DNA from: Desulfocapsa sulfexigens DSM 10523
GTDB lineage: Bacteria > Desulfobacterota > Desulfobulbia > Desulfobulbales > Desulfocapsaceae
Assembly (NCBI RefSeq): GCF_000341395.1
Contig: NC_020304.1
Span: 2,190,001 to 2,222,000, forward strand
Length of the DNA: 32,000 bases
Direction of reading: 5' to 3'
Both the position numbers and the translations under genes were made by a program. The notes under the pieces are model-generated. The model saw nothing but the letters and a program-made list of their open reading frames with translations. It ran no database searches and was not told the DNA's origin. This document shows positions 1 through 8,913 of the stretch, one piece after another (positions within the stretch are counted from its first letter, which is position 1; each line of letters opens with the position of its first letter).

Positions 1-2
1 AG

Positions 3-113
3 GCCCGCGGAATGTATACCTTTGGTGGACATTTGAAATGGGCGCCAGCAATCGCCCTTGGCTATTTTGCCAGCATCGCAGTTCATTTCTTTGTCAACAG
101 TCGCTTTTTCTGA
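3..113 (+). pseudogene. Possible C-terminal fragment of a GtrA-like small membrane protein, truncated or frameshifted
   Basis: Frame 3 is open from the window edge: ARGMYTFGGHLKWAPAIALGYFASIAVHFFVNSRFF*. The 'GY-x-S-hHFhhNxRF' pattern resembles GtrA family segments. The ORF stops right after a T5 tract (105-109), where such proteins normally continue. Confidence 0.3.
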
Positions 114-290
114 TAAGGAGCTATTGAAGAAACGCCTTCACCTTCTACCCGGTTACATCGATGTATTTTCGTGGTCGGGTAGATTAGCGTCGAAAGAGGA
201 GTTCATATTCAGGAACCTCAAAAAAAGTACCTTTAGTTTCACATTGAAACGGAGCAGAATCTTCTGCCCCTCTGATATCATGTGTGAAAA

Positions 291-1703
291 ATGAAGATAG
301 AGTCAGTACTTCAAAGCGTATCCGTATTTGGTGAGTTGCTAAATGGTATTCCACATGGGATTGCTATTTTGGGAACTGATCTCTGCATCTTGACGATGAA
401 TCGCTATCTTGAGGCGATGACAGGGTACAGTACCGATGAAGCCAGGGGTGTTTACGGCGATTTTATCCTGCGAACAAACCTTGGTATCAAAAATCAAATA
501 TGTGCCGAAGTGTTGAAAAGTGGCGAATCAGTTTCAATTGATGGAAATATTATCAATCGTCGTCGTAAGAAAATTCCTGTTCATTTCACTATAAGCCGTC
601 TTCATGATGGTGAAGGTCAGCCCTCCGGAGTGCTTTTTGTTCTGGAAGACAGCTCGGTGGTAAAGGTTGAAGAATTAAGCCATCGGGAGCAATCCATCCG
701 CTCTAAAATTCTCGGCCACAGCTCACAGATGGAAAATGTCTTTGAACTGATGACCGTGCTTGCCCGCACCGATGCTTCGGTATTAATTACCGGTGAAACC
801 GGAACCGGTAAGGATCTGATGGCTGAGGCACTTCACAAGTCGTCGCAACGGGCACGTCAACCTTTTATCAAGGTTAATTGTGGTGCTCTTCCCGAAGCCC
901 TCCTTGAATCAGAACTTTTTGGCCATGTTAAAGGTGCCTTTACTGGCGCTGTCAATGAAACGGCCGGTATGTTTCGTCTGGCTCATCTGGGGACAATATT
1001 CCTCACGGAAATTGGTGATCTCTCCCTGCCTCTGCAGGTCAAACTGCTCTCTGTACTTGATGATAAGGAGTTTTTTCCCGTTGGGGGGAGTAAAAAAGTT
1101 AAGGTGGACGTCCGAATTATTGCCGCAACCCATAGATCGCTCCGAGAAGAAGTGCAGCAGGGACGTTTTCGCGAAGATCTTTTCTATCGTTTGAATGTTT
1201 TGTGTCTTCATTCTCCGCCACTTAGAGAACGTGATGGCGATATTCGACTTCTTTTAGACCATTTTTTACGTCAGTTCAATGCAAAACTTGGCCGGGAGGT
1301 GACAGATTTCAGCCCCGAGGCCATCGACTTTCTGAACCAGTATAGATACCCAGGAAATGTTCGTGAACTACGCAATATTGCCGAATACTCAGCTAATATC
1401 TGTCAGGGTAGGGTGGTTGAGGTAAAAGACCTGCCAGCCTACCTCTTTCGGCCGGCGGTGAATCCTGAAATGAAAAGCAGTTCAGCTATGAGTCATCCGT
1501 TAGTGCAAAGAGAAGAGGCTGTGGCAGCGCGGGTAACAGTGCCGGCAGGTGGAACAACACCCGGAGGCTGGGTAGATGTGGAAAAAGAAATGATACTGGA
1601 TGCTCTGCGTAGCAGTGGTGGTAATAGATCGAAAGCATCTGAAATTTTGGGTTGGGGACGGACGACACTCTGGAGAAAACTAAAAAAGTATAAGATGGCT
1701 TAG
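291..1703 (+). CDS. Sigma-54-dependent transcriptional activator with PAS domain, AAA+ and Fis-type HTH
   Basis: PAS-like N-terminus (GIAILGTDLCILTMNRYLEAMTGYSTDEARGVYG), Walker A GETGTGKD, ESELFGHVKGAFTGA, RYPGNVREL, and C-terminal Fis HTH (EKEMILDALRSSGGNRSKASEILGWGRTTLWRKLKKY). Confidence 0.95.
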   Translation: MKIESVLQSVSVFGELLNGIPHGIAILGTDLCILTMNRYLEAMTGYSTDEARGVYGDFILRTNLGIKNQICAEVLKSGESVSIDGNIINRRRKKIPVHFTISRLHDGEGQPSGVLFVLEDSSVVKVEELSHREQSIRSKILGHSSQMENVFELMTVLARTDASVLITGETGTGKDLMAEALHKSSQRARQPFIKVNCGALPEALLESELFGHVKGAFTGAVNETAGMFRLAHLGTIFLTEIGDLSLPLQVKLLSVLDDKEFFPVGGSKKVKVDVRIIAATHRSLREEVQQGRFREDLFYRLNVLCLHSPPLRERDGDIRLLLDHFLRQFNAKLGREVTDFSPEAIDFLNQYRYPGNVRELRNIAEYSANICQGRVVEVKDLPAYLFRPAVNPEMKSSSAMSHPLVQREEAVAARVTVPAGGTTPGGWVDVEKEMILDALRSSGGNRSKASEILGWGRTTLWRKLKKYKMA

Positions 1704-1720
1704 AGGGGGAGAAGAGGGAT

Positions 1721-2074
1721 ATGAAGATTATGATTACAACCCGTGGCGATTTTGTCTCCCCACGTTTTGATTCGAGTTCAGAGGTGCTGATCGCAAGTTA
1801 TTACGATCAACAATTAATGGAGGAACCGCGCTCTTTACTTCTGAGTAATGTCTCTGCTGAGATACTCTGTGATCTTGCCTTGAAAGAGAATGTTGCCATC
1901 GTTGTGTGTGGGGGGATTGAGGAGGAGCATTACCAGTTTCTAACCTGGAAAAAAATAGTAGTAATCGATTCAGTGATCGGGCCCCATGAAGCAGTACTGG
2001 AGCTTGGTATGAAGAACAGACTGGAACCTGGTATAATATTACCAGGAGTAACCTCAAAGGAGGTGGCCTCATGA
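1721..2074 (+). CDS. NifX/NifB C-terminal-like (dinitrogenase iron-molybdenum cofactor biosynthesis fold) small protein
   Basis: 117 aa: MKIMITTRGDFVSPRFDSSSEVLIASYYD...VAIVVCGGIEEEHYQFLTWKKIVVIDSVIG. This has the layout of the NifX/NifB-C superfamily. It overlaps the next gene by ATGA-type overlap. Confidence 0.65.
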   Translation: MKIMITTRGDFVSPRFDSSSEVLIASYYDQQLMEEPRSLLLSNVSAEILCDLALKENVAIVVCGGIEEEHYQFLTWKKIVVIDSVIGPHEAVLELGMKNRLEPGIILPGVTSKEVAS

Positions 2075-3852
2075 CAGAGCGTCATCATTGGTTAAACAAA
2101 ATTCTGCCCTCGCCTCTGGCAGAAGATGGCAATGCTGCTGACAGTGAACAGGTATACACCAAGTTTTCGAGAGGATTATCTGTAATACTGCTGGTACTTG
2201 TGCTTGTACCTTTGACCGTTTTGTCACTCCTGTCACATTATCAGTACAAAGAGCTTCTGGAAGAAGAAGAGATGGACCAGCTAGTTCTCAATTTAGAACA
2301 GGCCCAGAGTACCATTGAGGCCTTTATTACAGAGCTGCAATCGATCATAAAATTCGTGGCCCGTGATGATCGTTACGAGGAACTGCTTAATCCGGACGAG
2401 CTGGAGTCTCTTTTCGTTCGTCTCAAGGATGAGTACCCCGGGTTTGCAGATATTGAAATCATTGACCCCGAGGGTACCCAAAAGGCCTATTTGGGCCCCT
2501 ATGCACTTGGAGGGCATAATTATAGCGAACAAACCTGGTATAAGGAAGTCTTGTTGCGGGGTGTCCATATAAGCAACATTTTTTCCGGTTTTCGTAATGT
2601 TCCTCACTTTGTTATTGCTGTAAGCAGAAAAGACCCACGGAGTCAGGAATACTGGGTTTTACGAGTCACCATTGAAGGGAAAACGCTACAGAATTTTATC
2701 AATACGATCAGCACCAGTTATGCAGACGACATGTTTTTGGTTGATGCAGAAGGAATAACCCAGACGATACCTCAGAAATATGGGAATATAGGGGAAAAAT
2801 GTATCTTACACGACGTGGAAGAGAAAGAAGTGAAGTTCTTTGATGGGGATTATCATAACCAGGATGGTTCAACTGAGAAGACGCAAAGAATACTGATTGT
2901 CAAAAAGACCTTTAAAGGCATGCAGATTAATCATGCAGCCATCGATCTTGTGGAGACGCCATGGAGATTGGTTTTAGTTAAAGAGCAGTACCTGCATGCC
3001 GCTACCTGGGTGCAGTTTAAGGTAAAATTAACAACAATGTTTTTTAGTAGTGTTGTTGTTGCCGTATTCGTAATTCTGGAAATCAGTTCAGCAATTACCA
3101 ATCACATTCGAGAATCGGATAAAAAACGCCAATTCCTCTATCGGGAAGTTGCTAACAGCAACAAACTTGCATCCGTCGGCAGGTTGGCGGCAGGTGTTGC
3201 CCATGAAATCAACAACCCCCTGTCGATTATCAATCAAAAGACAGGTCTCGTTCAGGATTTTATGGAATTTTCCGAGGATTTTCCCCATAAAGAAGCAATG
3301 GCGGAAGCGCTTGATGGAATTCAGAACAGCGTTGAGCGCTGTAAAACAATCACCCATCGTTTACTTGGCTTTGCCCGGCAGACAGATGCAAAAACAGAGG
3401 AGATTGATTTTCATCATACCATCCGGGAGGTTGTTGATTTTCTGGCAAAGGAAGCAACGTATAACCAGATACAAATTGAATTTGATTTGAGCCAGGACAT
3501 AAAAAAAATATGGTGTGATCGTGGTTTGTTACAGCAGATTTTCCTGAATATAACCAACAATGCCATCGATGCCATAGGAAGAGATGGTAAAATCGTTCTT
3601 GCAAGCAGGAAAGTTGGTGAGGACAGCATTGAGGTGACAATCTCGGATAACGGGCCCGGTATGTCTCCAGATGTAAAGCGGAAAATTTTTGAACCATTTT
3701 TTACGACAAAGGAAACGGGTAAGGGGACTGGTCTTGGCTTATCTATAACCTATGGTTTGGTGAAAAAGCTTGGTGGCAGTATTCATGTAACATCTGAAAT
3801 GGGTAAGGGAACCACGTTCGTCATTAGCTTGCCGGTGAAACGAAGTGTGTAA
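2071..3852 (+). CDS. Membrane-bound sensor histidine kinase with periplasmic Cache-type domain
   Basis: Two TM segments flank a Cache-like domain ([41 protein letters not shown]). H box [19 protein letters not shown] box [12 protein letters not shown] boxes DNGPGM and [20 protein letters not shown]. Confidence 0.95.
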   Translation: MTERHHWLNKILPSPLAEDGNAADSEQVYTKFSRGLSVILLVLVLVPLTVLSLLSHYQYKELLEEEEMDQLVLNLEQAQSTIEAFITELQSIIKFVARDDRYEELLNPDELESLFVRLKDEYPGFADIEIIDPEGTQKAYLGPYALGGHNYSEQTWYKEVLLRGVHISNIFSGFRNVPHFVIAVSRKDPRSQEYWVLRVTIEGKTLQNFINTISTSYADDMFLVDAEGITQTIPQKYGNIGEKCILHDVEEKEVKFFDGDYHNQDGSTEKTQRILIVKKTFKGMQINHAAIDLVETPWRLVLVKEQYLHAATWVQFKVKLTTMFFSSVVVAVFVILEISSAITNHIRESDKKRQFLYREVANSNKLASVGRLAAGVAHEINNPLSIINQKTGLVQDFMEFSEDFPHKEAMAEALDGIQNSVERCKTITHRLLGFARQTDAKTEEIDFHHTIREVVDFLAKEATYNQIQIEFDLSQDIKKIWCDRGLLQQIFLNITNNAIDAIGRDGKIVLASRKVGEDSIEVTISDNGPGMSPDVKRKIFEPFFTTKETGKGTGLGLSITYGLVKKLGGSIHVTSEMGKGTTFVISLPVKRSV

Positions 3853-3885
3853 GTAGCTTATAATGCAGAATATCTGGGTGACCAA

Positions 3886-4263
3886 ATGATAAAGTCAAAA
3901 GTGTTGATAATTGATGATGAGATTGAGTTTGCAACAACCTTGTGTCAACGGTTGAAGCTCCGTGGGATGGCCGCTATTGATGTCCATAGTGGAACCGAAG
4001 GCTTGGTAAGTCTGGTGAAAATGAACCCGGGAATTGTCATTCTTGACTTGAAAATGCCAGATATGAGTGGTCTTGATGTATTAGCCAAGGTCAAGCAACA
4101 TGATCCAAGTATCGAAGTCATCATGCTCACCGGTCATGGATCTGCCGAAGCCGGGGCGGAGGCTAAAGAAAAAGGTGCTTTTGATTACATTATGAAGCCG
4201 GTTGACCTTGTGAAACTTGTAGATAAAATGGAACTGGCTGATGAAAAACGCAGCAAAGCATAG
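3886..4263 (+). CDS. Stand-alone response regulator receiver domain protein
   Basis: 125 aa CheY-like receiver: VLIIDDEIEF, VILDLKMPDMSGLDVL, VIMLTGHGS, FDYIMKPVDL. No output domain. Confidence 0.95.
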   Translation: MIKSKVLIIDDEIEFATTLCQRLKLRGMAAIDVHSGTEGLVSLVKMNPGIVILDLKMPDMSGLDVLAKVKQHDPSIEVIMLTGHGSAEAGAEAKEKGAFDYIMKPVDLVKLVDKMELADEKRSKA

Positions 4264-4960
4264 GTCTTTTATGGATGCAAATACGGAAAATAGTATTCGA
4301 CAGGAACAGATAGAGTCCTTTGGTCGGCTGATGGCAGGTTTTGCCCACGACATGAAAAACCATCTTGGTATCATACGGGAATCGAATGGGTTAATGGGAG
4401 ATATTCTGGAGATGGGCGTTCTGGGTGGGGACGCTAAAATGTTGGAACGACTTAAGAAATCAATCGATGCCATTGAGCGCAGAGTTGTAATTTCGGCTAA
4501 TATGATGCATCATCTCAGTGGGTTGGCTCATCGACCGGATCACCCCTTTTCTTCCTTTTTGATTAATGATGTAATTAAGGAGGAATATGTGTTTCTTGAA
4601 CGTTTTTCAAGGCTTAAGCAGATCAATATTGTAATGGAGCTTCAGGAAATGCTTCCGGCGGTGTATAATGACCCATCACTGCTGCAACATGTTGTGTATC
4701 GTATATATTCTCAGTGTCTTGAACTGCTTGAAAGTGGGCAGAGCCTGTCCATTGTAACGGAAGTGGAAGGAAATAGGGCTGTACTGGTTTTTCGTTTCCC
4801 TTTCGGGGTGTCTGTTACAGACGGTGAAACACTTTTGCATACAACCCTTCTGTCTGCAGTTGAAAAAATGGAAGGAACTTTAACTATTAAAGACAAAAAT
4901 AAAGATGGTATGGAAATCAGGCTTGGCATTCCCTCGTTATCTGTTGATAGCACATCCTGA
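4241..4960 (+). CDS. Histidine kinase-like (DHp-containing) protein with degenerate or absent ATPase motifs
   Basis: H-box-like [18 protein letters not shown]. The C-terminal half resembles HATPase topology but has no clear N, G1 or G2 boxes. Start may be ATG 4241 (overlapping the receiver gene) or the in-frame ATG at about 4271. Confidence 0.7.
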   Translation: MKNAAKHRSFMDANTENSIRQEQIESFGRLMAGFAHDMKNHLGIIRESNGLMGDILEMGVLGGDAKMLERLKKSIDAIERRVVISANMMHHLSGLAHRPDHPFSSFLINDVIKEEYVFLERFSRLKQINIVMELQEMLPAVYNDPSLLQHVVYRIYSQCLELLESGQSLSIVTEVEGNRAVLVFRFPFGVSVTDGETLLHTTLLSAVEKMEGTLTIKDKNKDGMEIRLGIPSLSVDSTS

Positions 4961-4994
4961 TATAAAAAAACTCTGGTACATTAAAAGTAACCTT

Positions 4995-5729
4995 ATGATT
5001 ATAAATGCCATTCTGAAAAAACTTAAAGATGCATGTACTGATCTGCTGCCTATTGTGCTGGTAATTGCTTTTTTTCAGATGGTTGTCATCCGGCAACCTC
5101 TGCCTCAGATGGGAGAGGTTTTATTTGGGACACTCTTGATAGTGCTGGGACTGAGTCTTTTTATTCAGGGTCTGGAAATGGGACTGTTTCCGATTGGCGA
5201 GGCCATGGCCCAGGCATTGGCCAGAAAGGGAAGCCTCTTCTGGCTTCTTGCATTTGCCTTTGCGCTCGGTTTCTCAACTACCGTGGCAGAGCCAGCTCTT
5301 ATCGCTGTAGCAGCTAAAGCAGCCGAGATAGCCGGTGATGGCGGACTTATTGATTCGAGTCCGGAATCGTTGAAACAGTATGCATTTGGCCTTCGCATGT
5401 CCGTTGCCTTTTCCGTAGGGCTTGCAATTCTGATCGGAGTTATGCGTATCCTCCGTGGCTGGCCCATCCATTATTTGATTATTGGTGGTTATGTACTCGT
5501 TATGCTGATGACTATTATTGCTCCCAAGGAAATTATTGGTATAGCCTATGATGCGGGAGGGGTGACGACTTCAACCATAACTGTCCCCCTTGTTGCAGCT
5601 CTCGGCGTGGGGCTGGCCTCCACAATTCGTGGTCGAAGTCCTTTGACGGACGGCTTTGGTCTTATTGCCTTCGCCTCTCTCCTGCCTATGATATTCGTAA
5701 TGGGCTATGGACTTCTGATTTTCAAATAA
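4995..5729 (+). CDS. DUF1538-type polytopic membrane protein (first of tandem pair)
   Basis: [37 protein letters not shown]...[20 protein letters not shown]...[29 protein letters not shown]...[15 protein letters not shown]. The track ORF begins at 4905 but the ATG at about 4995 is the more likely start. Confidence 0.85.
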   Translation: MIINAILKKLKDACTDLLPIVLVIAFFQMVVIRQPLPQMGEVLFGTLLIVLGLSLFIQGLEMGLFPIGEAMAQALARKGSLFWLLAFAFALGFSTTVAEPALIAVAAKAAEIAGDGGLIDSSPESLKQYAFGLRMSVAFSVGLAILIGVMRILRGWPIHYLIIGGYVLVMLMTIIAPKEIIGIAYDAGGVTTSTITVPLVAALGVGLASTIRGRSPLTDGFGLIAFASLLPMIFVMGYGLLIFK

Positions 5730-5746
5730 TTGGCGCAGACAATTCT

Positions 5747-6535
5747 ATGGAATTTATTAAAGAGTTCAGTATAATCCTTCTTGCAACCTGCAGGGATGTC
5801 TTACCTATTGTTCTTCTGATTACTGTATTTCAGCTGGTTGTGCTCCGTCAAAAAATTCCCAATTTACCACGCCTTATCGTCGGTGGCGTCTATGTAATTC
5901 TTGGGCTGGCACTTTTTCTGGCCGGATTGGAAAAGGCCCTGTTCCCACTGGGAAAAATAATGGCGGCTCAACTTTCTGATCCTGTTTTTCTCTATGGTAC
6001 AAATGAAGCAATAACTCATGTTGACTGGACTGCATACGGTTGGGTATATCTTTTTGCGGCAATGATCGGATTTGCAACAACCATCGCGGAACCCTCTCTT
6101 ATTGCAGTGGCATACAAGGCAAATGAGGTGTCTGCTGGGACGATCTCCACGTGGGGGTTGCGTATTACCGTGGCCATTGGGGTGGCATTTGGAATAAGTC
6201 TTGGAACCTACAGGATAGTGACTGGTACGCCACTCTATTTATATATTCTTGTTGGTTATGTGGTTGTAATCATACAAACCATATTTGCACCTAAGACAAT
6301 TGTCGCTCTGGCCTATGATTCCGGGGGCGTGACTACGTCCACGGTAACGGTGCCACTTGTTGCTGCGTTGGGCCTTGGGCTTGCTTCCACTGTTCCTGGG
6401 AGAAATCCGGCCCTTGACGGTTTTGGTCTTATTGCTTTTGCCAGCCTTTTCCCAATTATTGCAGTACTGGGGTATGCGCAATTGATGGAGTGGAAAACCA
6501 AACATACTATTAATACTAACACTGGTGAACGGTAA
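5747..6535 (+). CDS. DUF1538-type polytopic membrane protein (second of tandem pair)
   Basis: Same signature motifs as the preceding gene: [76 protein letters not shown]. Confidence 0.85.
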   Translation: MEFIKEFSIILLATCRDVLPIVLLITVFQLVVLRQKIPNLPRLIVGGVYVILGLALFLAGLEKALFPLGKIMAAQLSDPVFLYGTNEAITHVDWTAYGWVYLFAAMIGFATTIAEPSLIAVAYKANEVSAGTISTWGLRITVAIGVAFGISLGTYRIVTGTPLYLYILVGYVVVIIQTIFAPKTIVALAYDSGGVTTSTVTVPLVAALGLGLASTVPGRNPALDGFGLIAFASLFPIIAVLGYAQLMEWKTKHTINTNTGER

Positions 6536-6559
6536 GTAAGCCAGTATATGTACCTTCAC

Positions 6560-6592
6560 CAAATTCTTTTTTCAAAACCAAAAAAGAATTTG
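6560..6592 (+). promoter_or_regulatory. Perfect 13-bp inverted repeat (hairpin) between the second DUF1538 gene and the P-II-like gene
   Basis: CAAATTCTTTTTT (6560-6572), loop CAAAACC, AAAAAAGAATTTG (6580-6592). Lies in the 89-nt intergenic gap. AT-rich with no GC clamp and no following U-tract. Confidence 0.6.
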
Positions 6593-6624
6593 TAGGTTCT
6601 AACGGATAATAATGGAGATATATA

Positions 6625-6972
6625 ATGCGCTTTAAACTCATTCTATCCTCGGTGAAGCCGGGTATCACGGATACAATTGTTGATGCGGCAAAAGCGGCGG
6701 GTGCAACAGGAGCTACTATTATTCCTGCCAGAGGTACCGGAATTCGTGAAGCCAAAACGTTCTTTGGTCTTTCCCTTGAAGCTCAGACAGACATTATTAT
6801 GTTTCTCGTTGAAGAACACTGTGTCGATGGAATTCTTGGTGCGATAAAAGAATCCGGAAAATTTCATGAACCCGGTACAGGTATTGCCTTTGTCCTACCG
6901 GTCGAGCATGTGGTCGGTTTGGAAAGTCAGATGGAAAAGTTTAAAACCGAGGTTCGTGAAAGCTATTTTTGA
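6625..6972 (+). CDS. P-II-like (GlnB-family fold) signalling protein with divergent T-loop
   Basis: 115 aa: MRFKLILSSVKPGITDTIVDAAKAAGATGATIIPARGTGIREAKTFFGLSLEAQTDIIMFLVEEHCVDGILGAIKESGKFHEPGTGIAFVLPVEHVVGL. P-II beta-alpha-beta pattern and B/C-loop-like GTGIAFVLPVE. Confidence 0.8.
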   Translation: MRFKLILSSVKPGITDTIVDAAKAAGATGATIIPARGTGIREAKTFFGLSLEAQTDIIMFLVEEHCVDGILGAIKESGKFHEPGTGIAFVLPVEHVVGLESQMEKFKTEVRESYF

Positions 6973-7002
6973 CAGATTTAAAATGTTGGCTATATATTTC
7001 TA

Positions 7003-7422
7003 TTGCTGGAGGTGGGTCTGGTGTCTGAAGGAAAAAAAATAATACGAGCAGAAGATGTTCTGGAAAAGAAAGTTGTGTTTATCGATGGAATGGCTACATC
7101 GCGGGATGCTGCTGCAAAAATGCGATCTGAAAAATGCAGGTGTCTTCTCGTTGAAAAACGGCATCCCGATGATGCCTGGGGTATTGTTGTTGTCCAGGAT
7201 TTTATAAAGGGGGTGCTGGTTGCTGGGCGTTCTCCACAGGAAGTGCACATTTATGAAATTATGACGAAACCCGTGATAACCGTGCCTGCGGATATGGATA
7301 TCCGTTATGTAGCCCGTCTGCTCTTTCATGCGGGCATTCGAAGGGCACCGGTGGAAAAAAATGGGGAAATGATTGGTGTGATTTCGCTTTCCTCATTGAT
7401 CCTTGACAATGACCTTTTTTAA
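7003..7422 (+). CDS. Tandem CBS domain protein
   Basis: Two CBS repeats: VVFIDGMATSRDAAAKMRSEKCRCLLVEK...GIVVVQDFIKGV and IMTKPVITVPADMDIRYVARLLFHAGIRRAPVEKNGEMIGVISLSSLI. Start is TTG 7003 or a nearby GTG. Confidence 0.85.
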   Translation: MLEVGLVSEGKKIIRAEDVLEKKVVFIDGMATSRDAAAKMRSEKCRCLLVEKRHPDDAWGIVVVQDFIKGVLVAGRSPQEVHIYEIMTKPVITVPADMDIRYVARLLFHAGIRRAPVEKNGEMIGVISLSSLILDNDLF

Positions 7423-7437
7423 TCGAAAACACTCAAA

Positions 7438-7866
7438 ATGACCAAAAGAGATATACCGGTTCCGATCTGTATGACCTGTGGAGAGCATAGAAATGGGCAG
7501 TATGTAAAAGAAGAACCCTTCTATCTATGTAAGAACTGCGGCACCGAGATGAGATATCGGCCGGCTGGAGAATTGTTGAACTCTGGCAGTAAGAAAGCAA
7601 TAGAAAATAACGGCTGGGCTGTGAGTTTTTCCGTTCGCAGTTCGGAACTCTATTCTGCGCAGGCAATGCTTGCGTTAGGGATCGCTCTGATAGTATTGTC
7701 TGTTGTTTTTGTGTGGTTGGGGAAACTCGAAAATGACGCTGCTCTCTGGAGTATCGGCTCGGGAGTTTTTCTGAGTATCCTTGGGAGAAGAAAATCGATT
7801 AAGCAGAAGAAAAAAAGCCAGTTGATCCTCAGCCAATTTCCTTACTGGAAAAAAGAACGGCTGTAG
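7438..7866 (+). CDS. Zinc-ribbon and two-TM membrane protein of unknown function
   Basis: CMTCGEH...YLCKNCGTEMRYRP (two CxxC knuckles) followed by two hydrophobic helices. Confidence 0.7.
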   Translation: MTKRDIPVPICMTCGEHRNGQYVKEEPFYLCKNCGTEMRYRPAGELLNSGSKKAIENNGWAVSFSVRSSELYSAQAMLALGIALIVLSVVFVWLGKLENDAALWSIGSGVFLSILGRRKSIKQKKKSQLILSQFPYWKKERL

Positions 7867-7914
7867 GAAAATTTAAGGAAAAAAAGAGTCTAAAAATGGT
7901 TATGATAAATTGCA

Positions 7915-8865
7915 ATGATACGTTGCAATAATTTGGAATTAAGCAAGAAAACTGTCTATACAACTCTTCTTCGCCTTGGAGTCAGTGCCGCAGTTCTTGT
8001 CTGGCTTTTTTCGCAAACTGATACGGCAACGGTGCTGGAAACATTTGGAAGACTTCCACTTGTAATCTGGGTTGTTTCTGTTTTCTTTTTTCTCACTCTC
8101 TGTCTACTGGCAGCAACCCGTTGGTTTCTTCTTTCCGGAATTTTAGGTCTACCAGGTCAGTGGTTCACCTATGTCGGTTATTATTTTATTGGCCAATTTT
8201 TTAATCTTTTTATGCCAACCAGTGTGGGCGGGGATTTTTTTAAGATTCTGTTTGTCTCTAAAGGACAGCAGAGTGGATTGTTGGTCAGTACCTGTGGTGT
8301 GATAGCTGATAGATTTATCGGTCTCCTGACAATGTTTTTAACGGGGACGATAGCAGTTCTGATGTATCCTGGGGAAATTTTGCCCGGAAAGAATGAATGG
8401 CTTTTGTATTGCGGTGCATTCGTGATTGTCGGATTATTGTTTTTTGTCCCGTTCCTCTATTATTTACTTCGTACTTTTCGATCTAGCATTAGCGAAGAGC
8501 TTGTATTACTGAGAACAATCTGGCAATATCCCGCCGTGTTAATAAAGATTGCTGGTCTCTCAGTTGCCTTGAATTCTATTCTTATCTCAATTATAATTGT
8601 GTTGGCTACAAGTATCGGAATTGATGTACATCCGAGCTATTTTTTTGCGATCTTTCCGTTAACCGCAATTGTCACTGTTTTACCCTTTAGTTTTAATGGC
8701 ATGGGGTTGCGAGAGGGGGCTTTTGTCTATTTACTGTCTCTACAGAATGTACCCTTCGAAAAAGCGTTATCCCTGAGTCTTTGTCTTTTTGTTGTTCAGT
8801 GCAGTGCCGGTTTTGCTGGTGGTATTGCCTATGCCATTGGGCTTCATAAAAAAACAATTGATTGA
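7915..8865 (+). CDS. Lysylphosphatidylglycerol synthase TM region / UPF0104-type flippase-like membrane protein
   Basis: Polytopic, with characteristic YYFIGQFFNLFMPTSVGGDFFKI and FNGMGLREGAFVYLL motifs. Confidence 0.9.
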   Translation: MIRCNNLELSKKTVYTTLLRLGVSAAVLVWLFSQTDTATVLETFGRLPLVIWVVSVFFFLTLCLLAATRWFLLSGILGLPGQWFTYVGYYFIGQFFNLFMPTSVGGDFFKILFVSKGQQSGLLVSTCGVIADRFIGLLTMFLTGTIAVLMYPGEILPGKNEWLLYCGAFVIVGLLFFVPFLYYLLRTFRSSISEELVLLRTIWQYPAVLIKIAGLSVALNSILISIIIVLATSIGIDVHPSYFFAIFPLTAIVTVLPFSFNGMGLREGAFVYLLSLQNVPFEKALSLSLCLFVVQCSAGFAGGIAYAIGLHKKTID

Positions 8866-8913
8866 GAAATATGGATACTCTTTCCCTCTTACACTTATTT
8901 ATTCGAGGGCCAT

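Noticed and set aside
2293-3697. Several ORFs antisense to or overlapping the Cache histidine kinase (2293-2607, 2363-2572, 3088-3357, 3149-3490, 3350-3697, 3414-3629)
   Set aside because: They lie inside a well-supported kinase CDS, give low-complexity translations with no family motifs, and lack plausible translation signals.
4905-4994. Upstream extension of the first DUF1538 ORF to 4905
   Set aside because: The first 30 residues overlap the preceding gene and do not resemble the family N-terminus. [19 protein letters not shown] at about 4995 matches the paralog start.
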